A stretch of 51,155 nucleotides of DNA, counting the filler, from Sphacelaria rigidula (Eukaryota), in NCBI GenBank assembly GCA_964200075.2. It is 2 parts of 2 records of this genome, joined end to end, with 100 filler letters (N's around TTAATTAATTAA, not from the genome) between each part and the next. Parts side by side here need not be neighbours in the genome. Positions count along the whole stretch, not along the records: positions 25,641 to 51,155 come from CAXNAA020000164.1; 1 more part is not named here. One strand, written 5' to 3'. How positions within the stretch are numbered: position 1 is the first letter of the stretch; every line of letters begins with the position of its first letter. The position numbers were made by a program, and so were the translations under genes. Positions 35,195-47,409 of the stretch are shown one piece after another. Below the pieces are notes generated by a model. That model was not told the DNA's origin and made no database searches. It saw nothing but the letters and a program-made list of their open reading frames with translations.

Positions 35195-35395
35195 TATGTC
35201 GTGAGTAGACAGAATTCGGTTTCACGGTCGACGAGCGAAAGGGACCGCTGAACCCCTCTCGCGATGAAAAAGTAAGGCGACCACCACAGAATTTCCTGTG
35301 TTGACCTCCCTTCTGTGTTACACGTAACGCACATACCTACTGTATCAGCATGAGTATCGCATGGTCTCGACTTCATTTCATTTGTACTGTCTGAA

Positions 35396-35555
35396 CCCTT
35401 TTGGGACCGGGATCCCAGAAACACGTGGTTTGCACGCAGGGGCATTTCCATTAATCGGTAATATTTTCAATCGGAAATGATTAAAAATGATGTCGATTCA
35501 TACGAAGGCCCCTGCGTGCATATCACATGTTCCTGGGGATCCGGTCGCAAAAGGG
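35396..35555. mobile_element. Second piggyBac-type MITE family (~160 bp, long TIR)
   Basis: cccttttgggaccgggatcccagaaacacgtg..tgcacgcagggg / cccctgcgtgca..cacatgttcctggggatccggtcgcaaaaggg; flanks tgaa / ttaa. Confidence 0.82.
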
Positions 35556-35559
35556 TTAA

Positions 35560-35664
35560 TCGTTTGACCGGTATGGTAGGTCATCTGGACCACGCTGTAA
35601 TTTGTGAAGTCCAACTAATTGATGCCGGCTCAACAACAGATAACCGATCATGGCGGTCAAATGG
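35560..35664. mobile_element. Diverged ~100-bp piggyBac-type MITE abutting the previous element at a shared TTAA
   Basis: tcgtttgaccg...aattgatgccggctcaac...cggtcaaatgg; flanks ttaa / tcaa. A further partial copy lies at ~35891-35985. Confidence 0.6.
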
Positions 35665-37524
35665 TCAAGTTCGTTGCCACTATATGGGTTCTTGGTTTGC
35701 GGGGGCGGTCAGTTCCTCAGGTTCACTTTTGATTGTGATGCGTTGTGTTGAGCCTTCGTACATTGTCATCACCCATGTTGCTCTTCGGGCTGAAAGCGAA
35801 ACAAAAAAATGTTTTTTGGAGAATCGAACCGGCATCATGCTCATGAAACACTCAGAAGACACGACAAAATTTCCCCGCCGCTTTCCATAAACCATTTGAC
35901 GGCGGAAATTAGGTTATCTGTTGAAGTGGCATCAAGTTCACTCAATAAAAGTATCCATGATCCAGATTTGCTACCGTGCCCAGCCCATGAGCTTACACAA
36001 TGCACACCTACCACCGGTGCCCATGTACCTTGGCTGTCGATCCACTGATCGTGGCGGCGAAGCCGCAGAAACGCCACGTTGCGGTTGTCGTGTGGTCAAC
36101 TGTCCTGCTATTTCTGGAGCCTGTGTCGTAAAATGGGTCATGTCTGTGATGTTGAATCCGGTCCGTGTTTCGGGGGATATCGGTCGCTACTGTTGGTCGA
36201 GTGTTCTTTGCTGTTTATAGACGGCTTTCGCACGACGGGATAGTCTGTCATGTTGAATCCGTGGTCGTCGTTTACCGTGTTTTGGGGATATCGGTCGCTA
36301 CTGTTGGTCGATTGTTGCCTTACTTCTTCCGTTTCTCTTATATATCCACTACATTGCGGGTATTACCTGCTTCGTTGTTGCCCACGAAGGAGGGGGAATG
36401 AATATTTTATGCCTTTTCAGTTGCTGCTTCTGGACCCTGTTCCGCACGATGGGCGTTTCTGCGGTGCAACAGTACTGGACTCATGGTTGCGAACACTCGT
36501 GTGCGTCCGTCGCAAGTCTTCGTGTCCCCGAGTATCGGGTTCCTATTCGTTGCTGTGGGTGGAAAACGTAAATGAGTGTCTTCGTATCTGTTCTTCGACG
36601 GTGGAGGTAGTCTTTTGCCCGTTCTACCGTATCGGTACAATCGTCAAAACATCATTAAGCCTCTTCTTCATATCCTGTGCCCGGGACACGGGTCTCCATA
36701 CGCACACAGCGCAATATACTGCACTTGAAGCTATGACCTGTTCCGTCACCTAATGCGAGCAACGATGACCGGTCCTCATGTACCTTGGCTATCGATCTCA
36801 TTGAGCGTGGCGGCGGAAGCCGCACAGGACCCGGGGCTGCGCCCCAGTCCCGTCCGTCTTCTTCGAGGGTCTCGGTATTCTTGTATTGCCAAGCCCTCGT
36901 GAAAAGAGGTCCTCTCTCGAAATGTTAATGCCCGCCGGAAACATTGCAGGACCACCGCGATCGCGCGTCCGTTCGAACGGTCGCGAACGCATGTGTACCC
37001 CCGCACAAAGTAAAGTACGAATCCGCTACCGGACCCCTAGCATTGGCACTGGCCCGAACAGTCATCTCCCAGGGCGGGTGCGGAGGAACTTGCACACTAA
37101 AATCAGCATTGAAACGTGTGGACGCCTCGTTACAAAGTATGCTTGACGCTCGTGAGTTCGAAATATTCTCTTTATATACTATATACAGACATATATACAT
37201 ACGAGTATATGTATAAATACTTCCGAGTATCACGTGGTACCGACAGGGTAACATCCGCTACTTAGAGCCTCGTAACATGATGAGCCCCCCACACTCCACA
37301 CCCCTACCGGAACCCCCGACCTCTGCCATACAGCTAGCTCAAAAGACAACATTTGATGCGCCCAAGTGATGTTACGTCGACGGTCTGTTCGTATTGGTTG
37401 GCGCGAAACATGACTTTCAAGGAGTCTGAACATGCAGCGTGTCTCGCACGAGTTGTAGGTTGCGTACGTAATTATTGTACAATGTGTGTGTGACATTGTT
37501 GTTGTGCTCTGTTGATGTTGGATA

Positions 37525-37687
37525 TGTAACAGTGTTGCAGTAGTATTGCAAGCCGCACCCCCAAGGAAGGGATGATGGCAAGCTTGTCCTGAATTCAGCT
37601 CGTACAGCACGCTGAAGGCTCTCTGCTCAAGCACACAGTAGCAACAGCTGTTCGGAGATCACGAACCACGCCTCATATAATTACGAT
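37525..37687. repeat. Direct repeat (LTR-like), copy 1
   Basis: ccccaaggaagggatgat.gcaa.cttgtcctgaattcagctcgta...ctgaaggctctctgctcaagcacac...gaaccacgcctcatataattacgat is shared with 41234-41394. Confidence 0.92.
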
Positions 37688-37717
37688 GAGAAGGCCAAAT
37701 CCCTTCTTGCCTGGTCC

Positions 37718-38237
37718 CCCGATCACCGCGGTACAGTAACACTTGCGGGAGTTGTCAGATGTGTGCAATCCCAGCCTCCCCCCGACTACACTACGGAGAA
37801 AATCCAACACAACTATGTCGAGCCTTTCATCACCATGTTCCGCGATGTTGAAGAAATCCGGAAAACGGTATATTCACATCCACCCACGCACCACTTGGAC
37901 AACTCGCATGATGAATGGGATCGGGGTGTTGGGGCTAATGCGCCACGACGTGGGAAAAGGGCAAAGTACGATCAGGGATAGTGGCGTCCAGAAGAAACAA
38001 ACGCGGTCACGAAAATAGACAGCCAATACCACGATCCCATTCATCATGCGAGTTGTCCACGTGGTGCGTGGGTAGATGTGAATATACCGTTTTCCGGATT
38101 TCTTCAACATCGTGGAACATGGTGATGAGAGGCTAGACATAATTGTGTTGGATTTTCTTCGTAGTGTAGTCGGGGTGAGGCTGGGAATGAACACATCTGA
38201 CAACTCCCGCAAGCGTTACTGTACCGCGGTGATCGGG
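37718..38237. repeat. Long inverted repeat, ~215-bp arms with a ~90-bp loop
   Basis: 37718-37932 pairs with 38023-38237. Mirror ORFs 37743-38018(+) and 37874-38212(-) have near-identical translations. Confidence 0.97.
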
Positions 38238-39560
38238 TCTGCGAGGTGGTGTGCCTGACATGTAAAACACACCAGATTAGCGGGTTCGTCGACGAAATAC
38301 GATGGGGCGGTAGTCGCCAAGGTGCCAAGGTCTCGACACCGGATAAGTCCCATGCAGACTTCCCAGGGTCCTGCAACCGTAGTGGCGCAGTTGATGGTCC
38401 CGCGGAAGCCGTGCCCATTTCCACCATCGCGTACGACGGACTAGCGTGTGGGACGAGATTTTTACGTTGGGGGGGGAGGGGGGTGTTCACGGCTACATGC
38501 GGTCTGACACGTGGGAGACTGAGCGGTTATGTTTTTGTACCGCCGGAAGGACTCGTTGTGGTGAAGGGGAGAGTCCCGTGGTTGGAGGAGCATGTGTAGG
38601 TGATTCAGTATTGTTGACTGGATTGGCCATGTTAGCAGCCATGGATGAAGTGAGGAGTCCATTCATGGTCGTGGAGGGGTCAACAGTCATTGAACGGAGA
38701 CGCCGCAGTTGTTCGTCCAAGCCTGACTGAGGTACCGATAGACGTGCCGTTGACTGTTCGGACTGAAGGTTGTGTGTACGTCGTGCCTGATCTAACTGCA
38801 ATCGTGCGGTACCAAGAGCTTTCGCCGATTGGCGGAGCACTCTGTCTTGTATGCTCTGCTGTAGGGCAAGAGCCTGTCGGCGCGTGTCCACGTCACGTCG
38901 GATCCGTGCTAGTAGTTGGCTACGTTTGAAACCCTAACGCTTAGTGCGCTCTGCTTTGGTCTGGTCGGCCTGTAAGAACATGTGGTCTCAGTATTCGGCT
39001 TGTTCGGTAGCCGTCCACTGTTCCCACCTACGGGGGGGAAATGGCGTCTGAAGCGAGTGTTGCAATCGGATTTCGCTTTGTCCCTCACTTTTTTGAGAGG
39101 GAGCGTAGTGGTGGAGCTAGTCTGTTGTACACAATCGGCTGTCAAGAGAGGCGTAATGTCGGCTTCAGTATCAGGGCCTGCGGAGAGGGAAGCGGGGTCG
39201 GAGACAAATGTTGAAAATTCGTCACCGCCTGCAGCGGCTGACTGATGGGGAGTGTCACTGTTTTCAGTGGTCACGGGGGCGGTAGCCAGAGGGAGATTGA
39301 TTCCCGTATCCATGTCGACGGTTGCTTCTACGGAAGCATGACCGTGGTCAAATAAGTCGTCTCAACCCATTTCCTGGACGTTGCTATCGACGCAACCACA
39401 CCTGGGAATACTGTTGTCCGAGGAGGTTGCACCGTCCGCGATTGCACCTTTGACAGGTGTTCCCGGCGTGCGTTCGACATCAGACATGGTATGTGTACGT
39501 GGTTTAGGCAGCGTGGAAATCAAGAGGTCGAGCAGGGATCTGGGCGTTGTACATGACAAC
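38023..39560 (-). pseudogene. Decayed gag-like / coiled-coil ORF
   Basis: Chain of minus-strand ORFs 39362-39559, 38909-39313, 38493-38891 (QALALQQSIQDRVLRQ...GLDEQLRRLRSM) and 38104-38490 between the LTR-like repeats. No diagnostic motif; the gag call rests on position. Confidence 0.4.
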
Positions 39561-39776
39561 GGAAATGAGGTCGGAAAAATATGGCCATGTTGTGCGTTCG
39601 CCGGTATCGAAGGAATCCTTCACAGAAGAGGAAATATAAAGATATTCAAAACTAATTAATTTATTAATTGGTTGGTTGGGATTGTTGGTTGGATGTTCGG
39701 TTCATGGATGATTGAATTTTTGGGGGGGGCAAGGGAAAGACAATATGGATCGAAAATAATCTTACCCTTCGGGAAT

Positions 39777-39875
39777 CCAGCGCTGATTTTTGTGTTTGTT
39801 GTGAATCGGCATCATTTTGACTTGGACATGAAGAAAATGATGCCGATTGACAACAAACACAAAAATCAGCACTGG
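39777..39875. repeat. Near-perfect 99-nt hairpin with 42-bp arms
   Basis: ccagcgctgatttttgtgtttgttgtgaatcggcatcatttt / aaaatgatgccgattgacaacaaacacaaaaatcagcactgg. Contains the gaatcggcatca core of the piggyBac-type MITEs; absent from copy A. Confidence 0.92.
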
Positions 39876-40027
39876 GGCCCCACAGACTCGGCAATTTTCG
39901 CAATCAGACCAGCGGCCTCCGCAACAAAAAACAGCGATCCTTCACAGAAGAGGAGCGGACGTATATATTTTGTCGACCCCAGTGATATCCGTGATCGTCC
40001 GCGATCGAGCGGCCTGTGTACTTGGTC

Positions 40028-40329
40028 GACGGTTTTCCCATCAAAGGGGACCTCAAGGCACAAAGCCATGGGTACATCCCACAAGGAGTAGACGTGGTCA
40101 TACGTCCGTGTTCCTGGATGCTGCCAGCTTGCAACACTGAGGACGCCAAGGGGATCGCATCCGATCACAAGCTTTCAGCTTGAACCATCCGGATGACCGG
40201 ATACGACCTCCTTGCCTCAGCGTCGCAAGCCGGCAGCACTCAGGAAGACGGCAGTATGATCCCGTCGACCCCTTGTTGGAGGTACCTATTACCCTGTGCC
40301 TTGAGATCACCTCTGGTGGGAACACCGTC
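40028..40329. repeat. Long inverted repeat, paralog of 1261-1621
   Basis: Same arms with more mismatches and two deletions near the loop; loop motif caagctttcagcttgaacc is retained. Confidence 0.9.
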
Positions 40330-40599
40330 CTCAACCACTTCACTGTACTCGGGAAGTGGGGCCGATATATAAATATGCAGCATAGTTTGAGCTGTGTTGG
40401 GGGTGCCAAAATAATGACGGCGAAGGGGTTGGGTGCGGGCGAGATAGTTTGACGTGTCGGATCGACACAGGGGCGGATTTTCTGCGTCTGGGATTATATG
40501 GGAGGTTGCAGATGAAATTAGCTGAAGACAAAAATAGTCAACGTTCGAGAAAATTTCAAATTAGCCGAAGAGCTCGAACGTCGAGCCGTTATATATACG

Positions 40600-41030
40600 G
40601 GTAGTGTGTGAAATGCAACGTGTGTAATCTGCCGAAAATAATACGAAAATTCTACGAATTCGCCGACAAGGGCGAGCGGGGAGTAGCATTTGAAGAAAAG
40701 CCGATCAGCACGACTGTCTATAGCGGCTGTTCACGACGGCTCGTCCGAGAAATGCAACTGATCGAGATCTGCACCAAAAAAGAGGAATATAATGGCGGCT
40801 TGTCCGAGAAATGCAACGTATCGAGATCCGCACCAAAAAATAGGAATACATTTTAAATTCATCGATTCGCCGATTCGAACGAGCGGGAAGTAAAATCTGA
40901 CGAATCAGCCGATGAGCACGATGGTATACTTGTAGCGGCTGTAGACGTCGGGACGTCGGTGAAAATTAACTTTTGAAAATCTGCACGATGAAACGCATGG
41001 CTCTTCCGAGAAATGCAACGAAGGAGTGTG
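40600..41030. repeat. Degenerate tandem array (~59-bp duplication inside a ~200-bp unit)
   Basis: cggct.gtccgagaaatgcaac..atcgagatc.gcaccaaaaaa.aggaata occurs twice (40737-40854); ~40648-40740 resembles ~40855-40952; gaaatgcaac occurs four times. Confidence 0.75.
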
Positions 41031-41233
41031 GGTACTGCCTGAGACATCGTACACCGGCAGTTAGACCAGAGTCGGAATGTCGGTCAAACTCCAAGTAGAA
41101 AGAAAAAAAACTGACCAAAATGTACGCAAGCTTGCAAAAAAACACCGTAGGCTGACGTGAAAAACAGGGTTGCAAGGAGGGTAGCTTGAGTAAATCAAAG
41201 CTCGACTAAACCCAACCACTCTGAAGCCCCAAC

Positions 41234-41394
41234 GGTAACAGTGGTACAGTAGTATAGCAAGGCGCCCCCCCAAGGAAGGGATGATCGCAAACTTGTCCTG
41301 AATTCAGCTCGTAAAACACGCTGAAGGCTCTCTGCTCAAGCACACTAGCAATACCTGTTCGGAGAACACGAACCACGCCTCATATAATTACGAT
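41234..41394. repeat. Direct repeat (LTR-like), copy 2
   Basis: Near-identical to 37525-37687. Confidence 0.92.
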
Positions 41395-42162
41395 CCAAGG
41401 ATAAAGACAGGCACGAAGGGTTATGGTACACGCAGCTTCCAAGACTCACGTTAGTCAAACTGTGGACTCGAAGACCCAATAGATTGGAAGATGTTAGCAG
41501 GGTAGGTGATGGCTTGAAGGCTCTTCTTGATTAGCGCTCTACTGTAACCCTATATCCAAAGGAAAGTAGGTTGTTGTGGTCGAAGGAAATGAGTAAAAAG
41601 CTCGGGGGGTGGAAAAAGTTGTTGCGCAACCTTTTTCCCGCTACGCTTATGACAATTGCCATATTACAAAATCAGCCTGACGCGTCGTGTCCACATGGCC
41701 AACCGTGTACAGACTGATTTCCGATCTACAATCTTATCGAAACTATACATCCGTCGGCTGCGCCGCTCAAACAATCATGAATATATCCAATTCCTACTTT
41801 CCAAGCACACATTCGACCAGAATCCTTTTTTCTTACTCGCCGATCGTTCTTGAGAACGGTCGTCCTATCCAGAGTACTAGTTTAATTCACGCACGCGGTC
41901 GTATACCATCACATATGTAGGCGAAAAGAAAACTGCTGCACCCCCTGCACCGTTTCACCGGTGCTGATGCCGAGCCCGTTGTTCCATGGCGATATTCTCT
42001 GAAACTGTAGGGGTCATGTCCGTTTTCGCAATCCGCGGTTTGCAAGTGGATGCCGTCACCACAACCATGTGCTGCGACAGCTCGGGATAATGTTATCATA
42101 GCCTAAAACAGCCTTTGCGCGGAACCTTGCCTCATTGCCTCCACATGAATGATTGTACCGGC

Positions 42163-44320
42163 GGATTGATTGATTACTCTGATTGATTGTCGCACAATAC
42201 ATGATTCGCCGCGGATCCACCCGTGGGCACGAAGTAGACGTACCCAGGGGTACATGAACATGGATTTGCGGAGGAATCTCGAGAAAGGGGGTGCGATGGG
42301 AGAGGAGAAATATAGCGAACATCGCCAAGTGAGAGCAGGAAAACGAAGAACTCCACAACGAAATAACGGCAGGCCCTTGCCGCACGGTCTCCCGTAAGGG
42401 CTTCGGACAAAAACGAAACGAGACAAGATATCACCAAGAAGGTGGTTGCGACTCACCTATCCAGAGACCACACAATTGGGGAAGGAACCCTTATCCACGA
42501 GCTCCGAAGGAGCAAAAGAACAAACCTATCCGGTATTGAAGAAACGAGGGGCATGGTCACGTCCAGATATACGTGAGCACCGTTTGGGCGTCTTCACGTA
42601 CAACTTTGCGACAACATGAAATGCCCGAAAAGTGGCGATCTGATCGGCCGACAGGGCAGAACAGCTGGACGTTGCCGAAAGAGCAAGGGAGTGAGAAGAA
42701 GCAAGAGAGCGGGAAATCGTATGACGAAGGTACAACGGAAAAGACAGCCGAAAACTGCAAAGGAAAGGAAGCATAGCTAGGGAACATAGCTGGACTTGCA
42801 GGCCAAGGAAAGATGTCAACGACCGATAGAAAAAGACGGGGGCATATCAGTGTCGTGCTCTCCCGGCTTCTCTCGCTCGTCTCTAGTCAGGGGCAAACCG
42901 GGCCACTCTCTCGATCATTTTCATCTTAGATTCCTCACAGGCTGTTGTTTTTGTTGGAGTACCAGCAGGGGCGGGCTCTGCCATTCGCGGCTCTAAGCGT
43001 AACAGCCTTTGCTTGTGACGTGAATCGAAGTGGTGTAGTTCTTCGCGTCGACATGCCTCCAAACTTCTACGGGCCATTCGCAACCCATGGTGCCTTTTCG
43101 CTCATGTTGTTCGCGTCAGAGACCCAAGCCCGCGAGTCTTTGTTCCCCACTTCCTTCGTTCCCCCTTCCGTAGGATAGCGCCTAGGGTATGCAGTTTGTT
43201 CTGAAGGTGATCTCTCTAGTGTGTTGAAGGCCAGCCAGCCTCAAGTCCTTGTGCGGCCACACGTCCGAACATGATGTACTTCGTGAGACGTGTTTTCGTC
43301 CTGTGCGACAAGGAATCCCCCGTGGCGTCATCTCAAGTACAGTTCTGTGGGAAAGAGTCTGCGGAAGCCAAGTGCTCGCCTCACGACCTTGTGGTGGGCG
43401 GTGCGCAAGCTTGCCAAGTCCTCTGGGCGCGTTGTCCACGTAGCACATTCGACTAGCAGAGGTTCACCTCCCTCCGCCCTTACCAGCCGGATGCTCAGGG
43501 AGGGCCGGGCGTTGGGCCGATCGTGAATATAGGACCGACGCTTTTTGGAGGCGTGCGTATGCAGCGCTGGTGCGGTGCATAATTTCGATGACACGGAACC
43601 AACATCGACATACGGTCTTTTGGTACCGTTGGCCTGCCGCCTGGATCTGCAGTGCGGTGTGTGAGGTACTGGGTACTTACTGACCGCAGGCGTATTCATT
43701 CCGTCTTGTCTCTGATACTGTCAGGTCGAACTCCATACATACTGTCGCTGCCACAAACAAGACCCTAGCAATCCCGGTTGGGAACCTTGAGGCGATGTCA
43801 GCGTAATCCTCGCTCGTCATTCCGCACACCGTGCTGTAACCCCTTCAGCGCCGTCGCTTTTGTGTGATTGCCATCCTGGCGTATCAGAGGATACACTAGG
43901 TATACCAAGGCCGAGGCGATGGCTGCGTCTGCCGCGGAACGCACTTGGATTACGTCAACCAATACTGCGCCGAAGATGTACAGCAGCGGGAACGAAACAC
44001 ATACTTGCTTGAGTCCCTGGCAGACGTGCAACCGCTTTGATAGCTCGCCATCATCCAACTGTATCCGAACGTCGTGGAACGCACGGATTACCTTGCTCAC
44101 GCCCGGCGGGTCTACTTCGAAATGACCAAGTGCTTCCCGCAAGAGTGTGCGAATTACGGAGTCTTCCGCCTCCTACAGATCGATGGAGCACAGGTTCAGT
44201 GGGACATTGCTCGCCCTCCTCACGTCTCAGTGCAGTAAAAACATCGTATCGGTCCTAGATCGTTTGCGCCGGAATCCTCGGTTCATCAGGAAACTTTGTC
44301 CCTCCCTGCAGAAATCACCA
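42163..44320 (-). mobile_element. 5'-truncated, heavily decayed RTE LINE
   Basis: GFRRKRSRTDTMF; VPLNLCSIDL; IQLDDGELSKRLHVCQGLKQ; DRPNARPSLSIRLVRAE...CATWT...LRTAHHK. 3' end cccacgggtggatcc...gtgcgacaatcaatcag...aatcaatc. Confidence 0.85.
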
Positions 44321-45633
44321 TCTGAACCTGGAAAAAGTCGAAGAAAAGAGTCTCTTTTGCGATACATTTTATTTTGTTGTGCTTCAGAAAGTTTGGGTGT
44401 CGCTTCAGAATTTCGTGCGTGGTTCAAGCGACCTCGAGACTGAAAATAATCGTTCTGAAATGTTCTTTTTGTTCTGGACAGGAGAATTGAGCTGAGTACA
44501 GATCACTCGTCGTAAAAGTAAAAATTGAAGTTTTTGATCGAAGCTACCTAGAGTACAGGGGTTCGCGTAGATGGCCCTCGATGACGAGATCACGGTAGCT
44601 GCAGAGGCCGGCTCACAGAACAGAAAACCACATATGTCAACGACCACGTTATGCCCTGCGACAGCTGCTGCTTGTGTTCGAAACCTGGTCATTTCTCATA
44701 TCCTCGTGGTGAAGGTACATTGATGGACACTTGCGTCCATGGTGCTAGAAAATGGAATATGTTTTGTTTTCAAGTTCGAGTTTACGTGTTTTCAAGCCAC
44801 ATTCTACAGCCACGTTTGCTTCGGAGCAGCCCGCCACAAGGAACACCTCGAGCGATTGAGGCCGTAAGCAGCAGCTCTGCGCAGCATTGGGGCTGCCCCG
44901 ATCTTTGTCGATGTTGAGTTGCGCAGCGCGACAGAAGTAACCAGGGAAAGCGGGGCATAACGCTTACGCTTGACTGCCAACCTGAAGCTAGTATAACGCG
45001 TACAAGTTTCGTGCTTTCACAGTAGCCTACAGTTGAGCCATTGCGCAGCTATTGCTGCCGACGGATCCGTTGTACATTTGTACCGTCAAGTACGGTGCGG
45101 GATCCGTTTGCTCATGTTTGGGCAGTAGTGGCTGAGGGTGCTGACTGAAGCAAACATACGAAGGATGAATTCTCGGGTATGCCAACTTTTTCTGAAAAAT
45201 AGCACAGACGTGCAGTTGGTGGCATAGTTCGGGGGAGGGTGGAGGCAGCAGGCCACCGGTTTTCATACCGGCTGTACCCGCTCTCCGCTACCACGGATAG
45301 TGTTATGCGGTACCGTCGTGACCATGATAGCTGCGATGGGGTTCTACAGCAGTGTCCGTGTTTCGTGTTGAGCTATCGTGCGTATTTAGGTAGCCGTGAG
45401 ATGTACGTCCAAGGCAAGCTAATGATGCTGTGCTTAAAACGCATACGTTTGCTCCCGTGAGATGTACGTCCAAGGCTAACTGGTGATCTGTGGTCCCCCT
45501 TTTCCCAAGAGGCAGGACGTGTCATGTGCCCATTTTAAACACTTCGAATGAGAAAGACTGCTCCGGTAACCTCGGCACCTGGTATAGTCTTATTCCCGTT
45601 GCCTATACGATCACCCCCCCCCCACACCCACCC

Positions 45634-45634
<1 letters not shown>

Positions 45635-45696
<62 letters not shown>
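45635..45696. repeat. (CA)n microsatellite
   Basis: Directly visible. Confidence 0.97.
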
Positions 45697-45701
<5 letters not shown>

Positions 45702-45917
45702 AAATAGGTGGTCAGTGGTCAAACGACTGAGGCAAGCAACAGATGAGTACGCCCCCTGCCCCAACTGAAGAGGATGATCGTACTCCGTACTGTTTCAACA
45801 CTGAGACAAAGGTGAGGCAGTGTGTAAGCCGTGACTGCCCCTGGAAGTGGCGATACCAGATAATGGAGCAACTCGTTCAACGGTGTCATTCAAATACAAG
45901 ACAATCAATACACTTAA

Positions 45918-46015
45918 CCCCTAGACCGCGAGGTTAGTCTTCTGTTGAATCGGCATCAGTTTCAAGTGAAAGAAAGTATGCATGATCCAGCAAGACTAAT
46001 CTCGCGGTCTAACGG
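45918..46015. mobile_element. piggyBac-type MITE
   Basis: TTAA-cccctagaccgcgaggttagtctt...aagactaatctcgcggtctaacgg-TTAA; near-identical to 26288-26385. Confidence 0.9.
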
Positions 46016-46049
46016 TTAAGCCGAACAATCTTGGCAGCGTGCAGCTGAC

Positions 46050-46320
46050 CCTTTATGCGACTCGCCCAACACATCACGGCGTTTCGCGCTGGGTGATTGA
46101 TTGCGAGCCTGGTCTGGCGAAAACCGGGCGTGCTCCGTCCCAGCTTGGTATGGATGCGAGGTCAATGATCATATGGTTATGACAAGCAATGAGTACGCGC
46201 GGCCTGCCCCCCCCCCCCGCGCCCCACCGCCCCNNNNNNNNNNCCTCCCAGCTTGTGATTGATGCGGGGCTAACTATCATCTGGTTTTCTAAAACAAAGA
46301 GTACGCCCCCCCCCCCCCCC
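46050..46320. repeat. Dispersed tgagtac-(C)n repeat, tandem partial copies across an N10 gap (46234-46243)
   Basis: Matches 32225-32395; the second unit is cccagcttg...ggatgcg-like...gagtacg(c)n. Confidence 0.7.
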
Positions 46321-47409
46321 ACGCACACACGCGCACACACACAACTCAGGAAATGTTGACCAAAAATACTTCTTTTCATGGGCCGTGTGTGGTACTCGTC
46401 AGACTAATGCCAGTTCGGCGCCATCCTACCCAAGGTTGATATACCTTGATTTGAGTGTAGACACAGAATTTGGAGTTTTGGTGTGGGCTGACCGTCTGGA
46501 GTGGTTTCTAGCGTGTGCAGGGCGCGTTTTATCGTCGCCAGATATCATGCATTTTTTTTTTCGTTGGACATTTTGTTGCTGCTCTCTTTAGATGCCAGTT
46601 AGCGAGACAACATGAACCCCCACAGAGATGTTGAAGGTATGCTTGAGAAATGCCGCCAGAGCCCTCCTTGGAAGAGTGGCTGGTTCGAGAAGGCAAAATC
46701 TACATGCAAATCACAATCACGACAGCCCGAGCACGCCTAGCAGCTGAGAACTCCCATGTTTTGGGCAATTATGGCCAATATCGTCCAAATTGCAGGCTTC
46801 ATGCAGTCTGAAACCGGCTATCATGCGCCGTATGGCCATTTTCTCTCTGCAAATTTCGAGCATGTCAGCAGCCCATGGAAAGCCGTTTTTTCAATTTCTT
46901 CATACCTTGGGTTCGTCAATCCCGTGACTGCGGCTAGATTCCTGGGCATCAGTCAGTGTGATACGGTCAATCAATCAATTGCCACATTTCGTTGAAATAT
47001 CTACAGTTTCGTCATTCGCAGTTGCTGCCTAGGGACAACTCAAGGGTCAACTAATATCGAGCGTCACCCTGCTCAAATCTCTGATCGGAAGACCCCAGGA
47101 GGATTCTATCCGCCAGGTCGTTGGACCCGGAGCTACTGGTACTCCAGCAGCCAACACCTCTTAGCTCAAAACACGACACGGGTAGAGTGATTCTGTACCA
47201 ATCAGCACGAGTATTATGTTTCTGTAAAAGGTGCCTGATTGTGCACGGTTCAGGCGAATAAAATCGTGATTTGACTCATATTCAACATTCGGACGAACCA
47301 TCCATACGATTCGTACATGAGTTGTGATTTTACATGTTTTGGGTTCGTGATTCGTACGATACCACGTTGAGTGTACACGTTTCCAGTTGGTGGTTCGTGC
47401 GGCGCACCG

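Larger units (their letters stand above)
34421..35330 (+). mobile_element. tRNA-derived SINE, family 2, split by nested insertions
   Basis: Head ggtcgctctgaTGGCTCAGTTGGtaacc...GGTTCGAACC. The body resumes at 35195 (tatgtcgtg...cacggtcgacgag.gaaagggaccgctgaac), collinear with the uninterrupted copy at 50171-50531. Confidence 0.88.
39652..40530 (-). mobile_element. Unclassified repeat terminal segment, copy B
   Basis: Homologous to 181-1840, including the tail and hairpin; lies between the gag-like relic and the right LTR-like repeat. Confidence 0.8.
37525..41394 (-). mobile_element. Probable LTR-retrotransposon remnant (two direct repeats, PBS-like site, gag-like relic, no pol)
   Basis: ~160-bp direct repeats at 37525-37687 and 41234-41394; the first begins tgtaac. 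Just inside the right repeat the minus strand reads tggggcttc (41231-41223), PBS-like. TSD and the outer LTR boundary were not found. Confidence 0.55.

Noticed and set aside
44262..44290. Hammerhead-like CTGATGA-stem-GCAAAC on the minus strand
   Set aside because: It lacks GAAA and the flanking stems, and corresponds to RT coding sequence at the PEEQCGFR-equivalent position.
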